A DNA stretch of 64,000 nt from Ptychomitrium polyphyllum (lineage: Eukaryota): the NCBI GenBank assembly GCA_973851085.1, contig OZ316776.1, positions 5,270,001 through 5,334,000 on the forward strand, given 5' to 3'. Positions 49,901 through 62,900 of the stretch are shown one piece after another (position 1 is the stretch's first letter; the number at the start of each line of letters is the position of its first letter). Under the pieces are notes generated by a model. That model was not told where the DNA came from. It did not search any database and was given only the letters and a program-made list of their open reading frames with translations. The translations under genes were made by a program, and so were the position numbers.

Positions 49901-50993
49901 AAGAAAAAAAGAACAAACTCAATGTAGGCTAGACATTAAGAATAAGGTCTCCACGCTGAACAAATTTAAACGAAACCAATTTCGACTAAATCAAAAGACA
50001 ATTGAATCACAGGCAATACTTTGACAAAGGTAAAACATAACCCAAAAGAACCAAATCGGAACACAACCTATACACAAAATCTACTGGATAAAACTAAATA
50101 AGCCCCAGCATAACCATCTTCTCCAAGCTTAAAACAACAAATCAATAATAACAAGTACACGACTACCATTCCAAAACCTAATAAACACACGTAAACATCA
50201 CTGCAACAACCATTCCTCAACCAAACCGAACAACGTATACACAACACAAAACAGGCAGGAAAGATCTATAAGAGTTACAACACTATCCGCCACCGGAGGT
50301 ATAAGTGCGTACCTTATCTGGTTTCACGCTACCGTTTTTCCCACCCTTAACTAAGCACATCGCTGTATTATATAATATACAAACATACAACACCAGATAG
50401 CTCGGCATTCGAACCATAAAAAAGACTTCGAAAGATTCCATATCTTCAAAGCTAAACCGCACTGCAGGAATCAAAGCCGCCAGCGATCCAACAGTGATCC
50501 AGCGAAGAGTGACGACTAAAATTAGATGCACAATAAAATCAGCAGCGTTGCAACATTCCAGACCCAATGAGCAGTATTACCAAAAAAAAAAGATCAGAAT
50601 GACCACGATAATGAGATTGAGAATGCGTACGGCACCCGGACATGACCACTAGAGTACCAACAGTGACAAAACAGCAAAACCCAAAAACAGAATCATGCCA
50701 AAGTATTAAAATTTTAACGTAAGACATCCTCTACACAAAATAATAAAAAAGCGTCACACCCGTTCACACCAACACACGAACAAATCGAACAAAAGACAAG
50801 AAACATAAAACTTCTAAAGTTAAACAGTAACAAGAAAATGACAAATACCAAAAATTATGAAAGACATGAAGAGCTTCTATAAACAAAGGTCCAAAATGAA
50901 CAAAGCTCCGTCATTGAAGACAGGATCATCGGTTGATCGGCAATAATGTTGCAATGCTATAAGAAATGGTGAAAAGAGGGAGGGTCGGAAGTC

Positions 50994-51199
50994 AGTCAAT
51001 ACCCGAACCACTACCCTTCCTGCGTGGTGAAGCACATGCACTGCGCTAATGTGCAAGATACCAGCACGGTCCATCTTTACACGAGAACAGTACCACTGGA
51101 CACTTGCGCACAAAGTGCACTTATCCTCCAGAATCTGCTCCGGAGGACTGCCCACTCCACCACGCAACAAGGGCCATCAGTGGTGGTTCGCTCTTGACT
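50994..51199 (-). promoter_or_regulatory. Paired 3'-UTR motifs of the HD-Zip IV mRNA (predicted stem-loop)
   Basis: On the mRNA strand, AGTCAAGAGCGAACCAC (51199-51183) is complementary to GTGGTTCGGGTATTGACT (51011-50994). TGGTTCGGGTATTGACT matches my recollection of the conserved C4HDZ 3'-UTR motif. Confidence 0.8.
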
Positions 51200-51730
51200 C
51201 ACTTCCTACCCGTTTCTACGCCGCGTCGTCATCTGTATAAATCCGATTAATTTGCCACTCTGGACATTGTCACTAAAATGTTGCCAACTTGGCGGACTCT
51301 CACGTAGCCCGCCTGGTCGTCGTCTTCATCTTCAAACTCTAATTCACATCCCTCAACGTCGAAGTCAACGCCTGCTTGCGCTCCGATGCCGATGTCTACC
51401 CAGCTGCTCGACTGATCGTCGCCTCCTTCTCCCTCCTGAGGAGCGCTCAAGACCACGCTCAATGTGAGATAACACACGATCTTGAAGGCTCCTCAAAATA
51501 TACCCGCCCAACTAAACCACACTTCTGTACTGCACACCTCGTCTCCTCCCACCACCCCAACATGTCAACCACACGGAATGGAAACACCCGCACTGGTGCT
51601 TCACATTGCTCTGGACGATTTCCTCATCGCTTTGATCCCCTTCACTCCGTGCAGCGGACCAGCAGAAATCACCCCCCTTCTATCACCAGGGAGAAGACCA
51701 CATCTGCTGCCCGTCCTACCCCATCATCCG

Positions 51731-54172
51731 CTACACATCCTCCACCAGCAGCGCCGCCTTGATCCGCTGCACTGTGCACGATATCAGGTTGTTCACTGTC
51801 GCCACGCTCTCCAGCGACAGCCGCGCCGACGGGACGCTCGACACCAGGATCTGGAACGCCACCGTCAGCAGCGACCCGCTCCCGCGCCCACCCTCTGCCA
51901 GCTGCCCGCCCTGATCCCCCACGCCGTGGCTGTGGCCGTGACCTGCACTCGGCCCGTCCGGCAGGATTGCAAACCCCGATGGCAGCAGCGCCACGTACGC
52001 TGGGTCGCCGCCCTGCAGCACCAGGTTCATCGCCGGGATGTCCACTGGCGCATAGATCACCAGCGACCCCGAAGCGTCCGTGCAGCTCTCCTGCAGGATC
52101 AGCATGTTGCTCTGCGATGCGTTCATCGCGTTCACGCGCAGCAGCGACACGCTGTTCCCTGGGTCCTGCCCCTTGGCAATGTGCGCCATCTCCGTCACCA
52201 TCCCGCCGTTTGACAGGATGTCCCACTCCGACCGCAGCCGCTCGTCGCGCAGGAACTGGAACACCCGCGCCGGCGACACCGGCAGCCACATCGACGTCGC
52301 CGCGCTCAGCACAATCCCGTGCGGCTCCCCCGGGTTGTCCACGCTCTTCCGCGTCATCACCCGCACGTCGTCGTCGCCGCTCCCCGACAGCGTCGTCCAC
52401 GTGTGCACCGTCGACGCACTCACCCCCGCACAGAAGTTGTTCGTCATCCGCTGCGCCAGCTTCAGCATGCTCCGCCGCCCCGACGCACTCGGCACCCCGC
52501 CCAGGTCCCGCGACGCAATGTTGCTCGCCAGCAGGCTCGCCAGCCGCTCGCACTGCCGCTGCAGCGTCGCCAACCACCGCTGCGCCCCAAACGCCATCCC
52601 CGTGTTCACCAGCTCGCGGTACATCCGGTGCACCGCGCGGTCGTCGTACTCCATGTGCTCCACGCACGTCACCTTCGCATACCCGTTCGGCGTGTCCTGG
52701 ATCAGCACCCCCGACGGCCGCCGCCGGCACCGCATCAGCGACGGCGGCGGGTTGTCCCGCAGCGAGTCCACCGACACATCCACCACGGCCCACACCCCCT
52801 CCGCGTGCTGCTTGCAGTACCGCAGGAAGTAGATCTCGCGCGTCGGCACCAGTGGCGACAGCACCTGCAGCTCCGCGTACATCAGCTGCAGCGCGCCGTT
52901 CCGGTTGCCCGTCACGCCCGTCGACAGCACGTCCACTGTCAGCGCCCGCGACACCATGCACGGGAACATGTCCATCCACTGCGTTGCATCCATCAGCATC
53001 TCCACCAGGTTCACGCCGTTCATCATCACCAGCGCCGTCTCACGTGTCGCCTCCGTCTTCAGCCCCGGCGGCCGCATCCCAATGCCCCGCGGGAACTGCC
53101 GCACGTACTCGTCATAGTTCAGCTGCTCCTTCATCCCGCCCGTCCCAATGTCGCCCGCATTGCCCAGGCCCACCCACAGCGGCTCTTCCGCCTGCGCCAT
53201 GCGCACCAGCTCCTCCATCGCCATCACCGCCAGCTCCACCACCATCGGCTTCTCCGCCTCCGTGAGGCCCCCGGGCCTCGTCGCCACATCTGCCACGCTC
53301 GGCCCGGCCACCATGTCCAGCTGACTGCCCCCGCCGTGGCCCCCGTGCATCCCGCCCCCAAAGCTGCTCCCGCCCCCGCCCCCGACCTGCAGGTCCAGCG
53401 ACGAGCTGGGCAGTGCCAGCGTCGGTGCCATGGGCGTGATCGGCCGCCCCAGATACTTGGCCGCCAGCGCCGACACGCGGTCCAGCTCCTCCTTCAGCCG
53501 CCCGTTCTCAATGCGCAGCTGCTGCTCGTCAAACGACATCTCGCCCACCGTCGCAGGCCCGCCGCAATGTGGGCACTGCGGGTTCTTCAGCGCCTCGCGC
53601 ATCAGCAGGTTCTCCGACCGCAGCTTCTCGTTCTCCGCCCGCAGCATCGAATTCTCCGCGCGCTCTGTATGCGCCTTCATCTGCGTGCGCCGGTTCTGGA
53701 ACCAGAACTTCACCTGCCGCGGCTCCAGCCCCAGATCCTTGCTCAGCTGCTGCCGCTGCTTGTCATCGGGATGCGGACACTCCTTGAACAGCATCTCCAT
53801 CTCCTGGATCTGCCGTGGAGTGTGGCGATGGTACCGCTTCTTGCGTGGCGGGTGGTCGGGGTCCTGATCGTCGCCCGACCCACCCTCCATGTTGTCGCTG
53901 CCGGACCGCGACTCGTACTCCTCCTCCTTGTTCTTCTGCTGCTGCTCGCTCTCTGCAGTCTGGCTCAGCTCGCGCTGCCGGTCCAGGCCTGTCGGGGGCG
54001 CCAGCGACAGCGACGGCGACGTGTAGTGCTTAGGCGGGGGACGGGACATAGCCAGCGGCGGGATGGGGCGAGGCGGCGCCATCGCTCCTGCGGGCATGCC
54101 ACCCAGCTCCCCAAAGCCCCGCCCCAGATTGCCGTTCGGAGTTACTTGCACGGTCACTCCTCCTAGCCTCAT
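51731..54172 (-). CDS. Class IV HD-Zip transcription factor (ML1/PDF2/ANL2/HDG-like): homeodomain, ZLZ, START and SAD domains; single coding exon, ~813 aa from the first in-frame ATG
   Basis: Uninterrupted ORF containing [57 protein letters not shown] (homeodomain), CPHCGG (zipper-loop-zipper), START motifs ([38 protein letters not shown]-like AFGAQRW) and the C-terminal [11 protein letters not shown]...[24 protein letters not shown]. The ORF track opens at a GTG (54220); the first ATG is at 54172 (MRLGG). Confidence 0.96.
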   Translation of the reverse strand: MRLGGVTVQVTPNGNLGRGFGELGGMPAGAMAPPRPIPPLAMSRPPPKHYTSPSLSLAPPTGLDRQRELSQTAESEQQQKNKEEEYESRSGSDNMEGGSGDDQDPDHPPRKKRYHRHTPRQIQEMEMLFKECPHPDDKQRQQLSKDLGLEPRQVKFWFQNRRTQMKAHTERAENSMLRAENEKLRSENLLMREALKNPQCPHCGGPATVGEMSFDEQQLRIENGRLKEELDRVSALAAKYLGRPITPMAPTLALPSSSLDLQVGGGGGSSFGGGMHGGHGGGSQLDMVAGPSVADVATRPGGLTEAEKPMVVELAVMAMEELVRMAQAEEPLWVGLGNAGDIGTGGMKEQLNYDEYVRQFPRGIGMRPPGLKTEATRETALVMMNGVNLVEMLMDATQWMDMFPCMVSRALTVDVLSTGVTGNRNGALQLMYAELQVLSPLVPTREIYFLRYCKQHAEGVWAVVDVSVDSLRDNPPPSLMRCRRRPSGVLIQDTPNGYAKVTCVEHMEYDDRAVHRMYRELVNTGMAFGAQRWLATLQRQCERLASLLASNIASRDLGGVPSASGRRSMLKLAQRMTNNFCAGVSASTVHTWTTLSGSGDDDVRVMTRKSVDNPGEPHGIVLSAATSMWLPVSPARVFQFLRDERLRSEWDILSNGGMVTEMAHIAKGQDPGNSVSLLRVNAMNASQSNMLILQESCTDASGSLVIYAPVDIPAMNLVLQGGDPAYVALLPSGFAILPDGPSAGHGHSHGVGDQGGQLAEGGRGSGSLLTVAFQILVSSVPSARLSLESVATVNNLISCTVQRIKAALLVEDV

Positions 54173-56520
54173 TCGGCTCTCGCCCGACCACCTCTCTTGC
54201 TCCTCCAGCTCGTCTGTCACCTCCTACATTCCCCACCCGCTCTCATCGTCCAATGTTGCTGCTCACGTCCGCTTCGATCAATCAACGGCTGATCCGCGCT
54301 CCCAACGCCTCGCCCAGCTTCCCCTTCGATTCGATTCTAGAATCTGGGCACTCTCCACAGCCCTACCACACCCCCACCACGGCCGCTTGTTTTCTCCAAA
54401 AAACTCCCGATGGGAAACCCCCGCCTCCTCTCCGCACGATATGATACAACGGGGCTGCGTGTTTCCACACGCTGCCAATATGTCACGCTTCAGCTGGTAC
54501 CCAAGTACGTCAGCTGAAGCTTCGCATTCCCCTCCTCGCGCGTACTGCCCAGACGTCCAAGCGCAGCCGGACAGCAGTCTGTACCAGCTCGATGGCCGGA
54601 ACCCAACCCCGACCAGCTCTCCCGAACGAAAGAATAATATGTTGTTATCTGGAAAATGTCCCCAGTTCGGCACAAGAACCTAAATATTACTCTGCCGACA
54701 ACTGGATATACCGGCTTGTCGCTGCTGCACAACCTAATCTACGGCGCCACCAGAACGAAACTCCCCGCTAGCTCTCGAATCTTGTGTCACGCGCTGTATC
54801 GCCAGCTACGCACGACTGAATGTACCTGCAAGGCTGCCTGACCTGCAGCGCTCGCGCCTTCGGGAGCAGGTCTGAGACTGCTCGCGTTGACACACGAACC
54901 CCACCGATAGAATGGGGATAAGGTATTATGTACAGTGCCGTATGCAATGGACAGAATCGAATCTATCGAACGTCCTGCGAGAGAAGGAGTCGTGCAGTGA
55001 AGGTGGGGGATGAAGGGAGACCAGAAAAACGACAGGGGAAATTTTTTTAAAAGACAACAAACCGAGAGCAAGGGACCAGAGAGAAGAGGGAGGCAATGTC
55101 AAGTGCAGTTCACACCCAGCTTGCACTGTGGAGCTCTGCCTCCCGCCCTCTCTCCTGCCGTCCGAAGAAAAGGAGGGAGAGAGAAGCAGCAGCCGCGTGC
55201 TGAATCTCCTCTCTCTCTCGTTCTCTCCCTCTCGGAGACCAAACACAAACGCGACCTACTCCACCACCCCGCTCACCCCTTCCGCAACCTACCTCGGCTA
55301 GGCTATCCCACCTTCAACTCCGACCGACCGATCGAAACCCACCTCCTTACTGGCGCCCTAGGTTAGCTACTCCCGCCCGGCCTCCGATCCCCTCCCACCT
55401 CCTCACGCCAGCTCCCCCTCTCACAACATACTCCTCCACAGCCAGCGAGCTGGACCACCGGTGTCCCAGCGCCTCCGAAACTGCGTCACTCGAGCGACTC
55501 CGCAAGGCTCCGTCGACGTCCCTGCCAGGAGTACCCACACACAAGGTACGGTGAGGCTCCACGAACCACCTCACACCACATTACTGCATCGCCTGCTGAC
55601 AGATGCACACACACAAGCAGAGCACGTAATGTGTCCACGACACCAGACTCCAAGCCCACTTCCGCAGCCTCCAGACAGCAGCAAGTCCTTCCGTCCAAAA
55701 CAAACGCCCTCTGAAAGCGAAAATACTAGTCAAGCCCCACATGCACACTGCTACTCCCACCCAGCTGCCTGCATCACTCCTCACCCATCCCCAGAAGCAC
55801 CCAGGCACCCGAAAGCATGAGGAACAGCTCCATACAATCGCCCGCAAAGCAAACTAGCTCCAAAATAGTAAACTCTTCCGCCAGGTCAGGCGCGCACTAT
55901 CGGATAACCTGGAACGTCAGATATTATTCCCAAACTCGCGCAAACCCCCGGCACACCCACTAGTGTACCCACTATCCCCTGCACACTAGTTCGTTAACTT
56001 AATGCAGTGCTAGTAAGTTAGAGCCCGGAGGCAGTGCCTAGCTCGCTCACCGGCGACGACAGAGGAGAACGAACGATGCTGCTGCCAGCTTGCGGTTCCA
56101 GCTTCGGTGTGGGGACTGGTGTGTGTGTTTGTATGTGTGTGTATGTGTGTATGCGAGAGAGAGGGGGGAGGGAGGGAGAGAGAAAGAGTGAATGAGCGAG
56201 TGAGTGACTGTGAGAGCGTGAGAGCGAGTGCTCGCGGAGCACAAGAGCTGGGGCAATGCGCAGGGGAGGGCGAACAGAGCAGAGTCGCGTGCTATCTATG
56301 GCAGACTCTGAGAGACGGAACTGGGGAGGAGGCCTGAGAAAGTGGGGAGGCAGCTGGTCAGCCTGGGGGGATATGGCGCATTCAATGCGGGTGCGGAAGC
56401 CTGGAAAGGTGCAAAGGCGCGAGGCAAAGGACCGCACCACAGGAGGGAGTGGACGCTCCAGCAAGTTAGTATAAGTTTAGCGGCCCCGCCCCGCCCCCGC
56501 CCCTGTCCCTCGACCTACCT
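54173..56520 (-). promoter_or_regulatory. GC-rich promoter and long 5' leader of the HD-Zip IV gene, probably containing a 5'-UTR intron
   Basis: CpG-rich island continuous with the CDS. It has tandem GC boxes (GGGGCGGGGCGGGG on minus, ~56483-56502), CT/CA simple repeats (~56115-56230) and a plausible donor site CCG|GTGAGC at 56050. The TSS and acceptor site could not be determined. Confidence 0.5.
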
Positions 56521-57764
56521 CCCAGTCCATCCAGCCAAAGTTTCCCTCCACTTGAACCCCGACCCCCAACTTCAAATGAAGTTCTGTATCCATCCAGAAA
56601 ATGCCTCCTCGAACCCCTCCCAGAGTGTGTTGGTGTGTTGTAATTTGTCATCCCATGCTCCGAGCTCAGTTACTGTAAGTGAACAAAACGTTGGGTAGGG
56701 ATTTGATATGTGGATTTGCAAGCTTTCAATCATATCTCAAAAAAGGTTAGTTGCTATGACAAGCTCTCAATTTGATATCTTCGCTTAGGAATTCAATTGA
56801 GAGCTCCTCATAAATTGTGTAAGATAAAATCCATGTGGGAGCCACCTAGCATCCATGTCATTTTCCAAAAAATTAGTGTGCCCAAAACTTGAAGTCAAAA
56901 GCTCATGTGTAAAATTAAATTGAGTGAACAAAGGATTTTTCATGACTCACAAAAGATGATTCTTTAAGTATTTGCTTGTTTACTCAAGCTCTTGTGTAAA
57001 GGGTGCCTAAGTTATGGGGTGTTCATATGTTCATTTGAGCTTCCTCAAAAGAATGTATAACATTTGTTTGAAGAGAATTTAGATTTTTGGGCACTTTATT
57101 GAATTCATTACACAATTTTGTAAATACTCTTTTGCAACAACCATTGTTAAAAATAATCACTTTTTAAGTATTCTTTCGGCAATCAAAAATTCGATATATT
57201 TGCTACAATGCTACCATGGCAGTGTGTTGTTGTGACAATTTCCCATTAACCTTCAAAGGTCTAACATGACTTGTGAAGTCATTTAGGTTATAAGGACCAA
57301 ATTTAGTGCCTCAAATAAACGGCATGAGAAATTAGAAATTTAGCAAAAGTTAACAAACCTTTAAACATCTATAAATCTATGGATTTTTATTTGATCAGGT
57401 TGGATTTTTTGTTACATGTGAAATGAAACTTTTGTTTGTTTTATTCCCAAAAAAAGGTTGATTTTAGATAATTTGTTCTGTCATCCAAATTTGAAAAAAA
57501 CAATATAAGCAATAAATCAAAAACGTATTTTTGGTGATGTATTTTGAAGCAATGAAAAAATATGATAGATTGATCAATTGGAATGAAATCTAACATCTTT
57601 GGATCCACTTTGGTATTGTTTGTTAAAAGCAACAAAAATCCCTCAAACATTGAAAATGCAAAATTAGAAATGATGTTCAAAAATGAAAAAAAAATCCTTA
57701 TAAGCACTTTGTCACTTGCAATGAATTCCTAAGAACCTACAAATCACATTGAATCAATAGCAAG

Positions 57765-57946
57765 CCAACAATAAAGTCCTGAAAACCATACCAATAATAA
57801 AGTCCTAAGAACCACACTAGCAATAAATTCTTGAGAACCACACCAGCAATAAAGTTCTGAGAACCACACCAGCAATAAAGTTCTGAGAACCACACCAGCA
57901 ATAAAGTCCTAAGAACCACACCAGCAATAAAGTCCTAAGAACCATA
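57765..57946. repeat. Minisatellite, 7 copies of a 26-bp unit
   Basis: Head-to-tail CCAGCAATAAAGT(C/T)CT(A/G)AGAACCACA units with no spacers. Confidence 0.95.
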
Positions 57947-59253
57947 CAAATCACATGGAACCAATGACAGGTCAGGCTCTACGTTGTCACAAAATGGCAT
58001 TCATTGAGCTGATGTGCACTAGGCCTTGCAGGCTGTCAAGGAGCTGGGTACTTTTATCACTTGTAGTAAACTCCTCAAAACAATACACATCGTATTGAAT
58101 CAATGACAAATCAAGCTATAGGCTATCATAGATGTCATTCATTAAAGTGAGTTGTCCCAACCTTAAAAGATTGCTATCAACCATAAATGAAAGTGACCTA
58201 GGATAAAATCTTCCTAGGTGGTGATGGAAATGTTCATGCATGAGCTTGTACCCACAATCCAATACCAACCAACAGGGGAAAGAATTTGAATCATCTTATC
58301 AATACATGCTGGAAAATCCATAGAAGTGGCACATGAAGGTGGATTATTTAACCAACTTTAATTTCCAAACTCACTACATCATTTTAATATAATCTACAAA
58401 AAAGGTAAAAAAATTGTGCATAAGGTGAAAGTGTTGGACATGGAAATGGAAATGGAAGAGCTTTAGATTGATTATAATGAATCATTTATATGTTGCATAT
58501 TTACAAAAATAATGATGTATAATTTCCAAGAATAATTTTGTTTAATACAGTGGAATTATTTGAAGGTTTATATTGTGAAGGAATCAATTGCACATTGAAT
58601 TGAAATCATCCATTATATTTCCATGGCTTTATTTATAAATTTAATCAATTATCCAAAAATTTGTTAGTAATGAATGCAATACAATTGAATGGTTCATATG
58701 CATCCTATTGTGGTTTGACTTATGTACTAAATTTGTGGATGTTTTTCAATGTGATGCTTTGAAATGCAATAGTAATTAATGAATATTGCATGTATCTTCC
58801 TTTAATCTTCAAAGCTTTTATCACTTCAAATTTGAGTGACTTTGAAAGGGCTAAAAAATGCTTAAACAAAGTCATTCAACACATTCATCACAAACATCTT
58901 GCATCCCATTTGCAAAATTACAATGTAGATTAGCCTTTTAATTGGATTGTGAAGCTCACTGGCATAGTCTACTAATTGTGTTGTTACTTACCATAGCTAT
59001 TTGGTGGATTTATAAATTTTTAAAAATTATTAAAATAATTTTATATGTAAATTAATTTTTTTGTCTTGTGCCAAATACTAAAAATACAACAATGAAAAAT
59101 TTAGCAATTTGCACCAAGATTTTGAAGAATGCACATGTTTTATCATTTAAAAAAATTAAATCAATGTATTTGTCAAAACATTAAAATAGAGAAGATTGAA
59201 CATTCAATTTAGGAAAGCAAAAAAAGATGGTTTTTTTAAAGACATTATTATTC

Positions 59254-59299
59254 ATTTATTTATTTATTTATTTATCTATCTATTTATTTATTTATCTAT
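59254..59299. repeat. (TTTA/TCTA)n microsatellite
   Basis: Directly visible in the sequence. Confidence 0.85.
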
Positions 59300-59906
59300 G
59301 AAATCGAAATAACTAACTTCATTCACAATTGTTTTAGATTTGGTTAGGAAGAAGACTCAACAAGGTGATTCAATCAATTATGAATTCTTTCTTTATGCTT
59401 AAATTCATAATCATATTTTTGATAAATTTTTCAATAGCTTTTGAACACCAACAATTGTATAGATGACAATTGAACATTAAGCTAATGATGGACTGATTTT
59501 TCCATTCATCTAACTAAAGTCGTTAAAAGATTGTAAATTACTTGATTATTCAACTTGCAAATAAACCAAAATCTTATAATGTTTGATCATACATGTTTCA
59601 ATCTTTTACAATGCTAATATGGTTTGTGTTGTTGGCCTAACCAAGGCAACTGCTTCTCAAATCTATGGGAAAATCTAAATTTTTTGTATCTTTCTAATTT
59701 GTTGATTTTTTTGAAATGAAAATACTTTGAAATTTTTATATTTGCCACATCATAGATTTAAATTTGTGAAACCACCAATGTGTACCTTTATCTGTTGAGA
59801 GCTTTTTGAAGGCACCAAAAAGCATTTCCATAGGCCTTGCAATTTGGAAGATTTAAGATACTGTCACAAACAAAATAAGACAAACTATCTTCCTTAACAT
59901 ATAGAT

Positions 59907-59929
59907 AGAAAAGAAAAGAAAAGAAAAGA
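59907..59929. repeat. (AGAAA)n microsatellite
   Basis: Directly visible in the sequence. Confidence 0.8.
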
Positions 59930-62900
59930 ATCTACAATTTCAAATGTTAGGAAACATATTATTTTGATAAAATAATGATGTCCTCGATTTTATACATCAT
60001 TTGCAATATACGCTTTCGGCCTTTGAATGGCCAATTAAGCAATCAAAATCTGGTTGATTTCATTCTTTGAACATTTATAGCTATCATTTATTTGGTTTTT
60101 TCATCCGTCTTTTTTTACTATGCACTGGTGATGGCTTTATGGAATGGTACAAATTATGTCTTGTGAAAATGGTGTACTTATGATTTTTCGTGCCTCATTA
60201 AAAGGCAAGAACATCAATGAAAGCATTTCATTTTTTTAATGTGGAATGCAACCTTGGTGTTGAAAACTTGTGAATTACTTTCCATGGAATGCAATTTTGG
60301 TTATAGGAATGGTTTCTTGTGCATTTGGAAAACTAAAAAGAACAAAGTTTTTAAAGTCTAATTTCCACTTAGTTTTAAAAATCTACAAAATTCTTAAAGT
60401 TGAATGATTTGTGATAGCTAGAAGTTGAAGGGGTAGAACTATGGTTCCTACATGATTTTTGAAGCTTTTGAATTTCACCACCACAATTCCATGTTCAAAA
60501 ACATTTTTCAAACACTTTCAAGCATAATTTTTTTTCATTGTAATATATATGCAGAATTTCTTCCATATTTTAAGTGTAAATTTTTGTAATTTATATTATT
60601 TTTTTGTCTATTGCACTTCAAGAAGTCGTAGCAAATCCAAATTCTAATCATTCATTTTGAAAAATTACAGAATATAGGTAGACTATGGCTTTGTTTGAGG
60701 AAAAACATAAAGTATTTTACATGGACCATCCAAAGTGACGTTTGTCTCTATGGATATAAATGTAGGCATTTAGAAGTTCAACAATTGCAAATAATTCAAC
60801 TTAGGCTTAAATGGGCTTTACAATACCAATGACCAATTTTGATATAAATGGTACAGCAAAGTGGCTTTTAAACAATTCAGACTTTGAACACAAAAGTGTC
60901 TGATTTGGACATTCATTGTGTGTAGTTTGAATAATCATATGTAGTGAAATGGATGTATAAATAAGGATAAGAAGAAACATATAACTTGAATTGCCTTTCA
61001 TAGATTTTATGCTTGAAATATGTTGTATGGCGCTTTCACCACCTCATTGTGGCCCTAATGTCCATCAGAAGATCCATATGTGGAACTTCTTGTAAGAGCC
61101 ATATTTTACAAAATCTAACTCCAATTCAATGGTTGCAGCTTAAATTCAACATTATAATTCAACACTTCTTTTAAGGTTTTTTTATTGCAATGATGATAAA
61201 GGATATCACTTGTATCTATTAGAATAGATCTCATATAAGTTTGATGATTAAAAAAGTATTGAGAACTTTGAACAAGACATATGAAAACAGGTTTTAACAT
61301 GAAATTGGAAACCTTCAGATAGTGAATTTTCTCTGGTTACAGTTTCTTTAATTTGAAAACCATCTTCAAAGCCTCCATGCAGTTTGTTGTTATGCTATTT
61401 CTTTTTTTGAGATTACAAATTGGTTTAGGCCCTAAACCATGGACCTATTTCTTTTTACATTTTTACACTCAATTTTGTTGCTCTAAATTCGAATTTCAAA
61501 AACCCAACCTTTGTATGTCTGGACTTGCAAATTTGAGGCGAAAACCTGATTTGTAAACTTTTCCTTTTGGTTGGTTGGTCCTGTTTGTGGGTCGGTTTGC
61601 TTGACACAGATTCAAATGATCTGACTTTGATCAGGACCCACCAGAGGAACAGCAATGCCTTTGTAGTACCTATGCAAAGTTCAAGCACGTTCTAATTCCA
61701 TATAAGAAAATGGTAAATGGACAATCCCTTGGTGGGTGTACACATTTTGGGTGTACACACTCAAGCTATATTAAATTAGGTTAACTTAGACAGTATGCTT
61801 GATAAGGAATTGCTTCTCTTTTTGAGTCCTGAACTTTTCATTTGATCATGACCTCCTTTGTATTCTTGTGTTCAAGGTACTCATGCACACATTGCAACTT
61901 GCAAGACCTTGAATTTGATTCACAGATATTGCAATCATCGTGCACAAGTGAACCTGCTGGACTGTGACATTCAGACAACAAATTTCTTGGATTCACAAAT
62001 CAGCCAGGCATGAAGCTTTTCTAACAAGGCTAGTCGGTCAGTTATCCTTGCACTCCAAGAGCATTGACACACAGGAGCACCACAACATAAGGATTTCCAA
62101 GCTCCATCCAAGATTTACTTTCACATTTTGGGTCAGCTTTGCACTTGTGGCACTGGCATGGTGTTTACAGTGCGTTTCCCCCGGCTAGATGGGTGGTGGA
62201 ATCCTTGGCTACACATGCTACAAAATTGGGTTGGAAAAGCCTGGACCCAATTCTTACTTGTGAAGGAAACTAGTATTAGATCAAAGTAGTCCAAATTGTT
62301 GAATTCTTTTAGAATGCCCCCCCAAGTGTGTTCCAACAACAATTTGTGCAAAAGTTTAGCTTCTTCTAAAGGCTATCTCCCATGCAAGTAGGGGTCCCAC
62401 ATTTAATGCTTTCTAGGAAAAACTTGTTGAGCGATAAGCATCTATTCAAGACTTCCAGGTGCAATCCATTTGTCATGCTAAAAATGAACAAATACTTCCT
62501 CCAATATTTGCTCTTAATCCTTTATATCACATCAATCCTTTGACCATTTATTAATCTTAGCTCAAAATATCACACTATCATCATTAATGAGAAAGAAAAC
62601 CAAAATAAAGAAAATTTTACAAAGAACAATTGGACTTGAAATACAAGAAACATCCCCAAATACAACATTGTGTACTATGTGATATTTCTTGTAATTGAAA
62701 ATCTGTTATCTTGTTTTTATCTATTTTTTATTCTCAAAGGATTATTGTCCACAAGAAGGGTTTTTAGAACCTTGGACAAGTTCCCACAATGTCAATTTTA
62801 AGTGTGATCTTTGAGTTTTTTTTTTTAAGGTGTGGAAGTCTATTAGCTTTATGGAGGTGTGATTTTTTTTTTCACCATACATTGGGAGAAAAATTAATGT

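Noticed and set aside
51247..51477. Acidic 76-aa ORF downstream of the HD-Zip CDS
   Set aside because: Non-ATG start, lies within the inferred 3' UTR, and has no recognisable homology.
51482..54683. Long overlapping ORFs (615, 436, 432, 250, 243 and 206 aa) on both strands of the HD-Zip gene
   Set aside because: Shadow frames caused by extreme GC3 bias. They give low-complexity R/A/P/H-rich translations with no domain motifs.
55999..56006. L1-box autoregulatory site (TTAATGCA; also TAAATGTA at 60757)
   Set aside because: The first is an imperfect match. The second is distant and expected by chance in AT-rich DNA.
57765..57946. Possible CRISPR array
   Set aside because: Units are contiguous with no unique spacers, there are no cas genes, and the context is eukaryotic.
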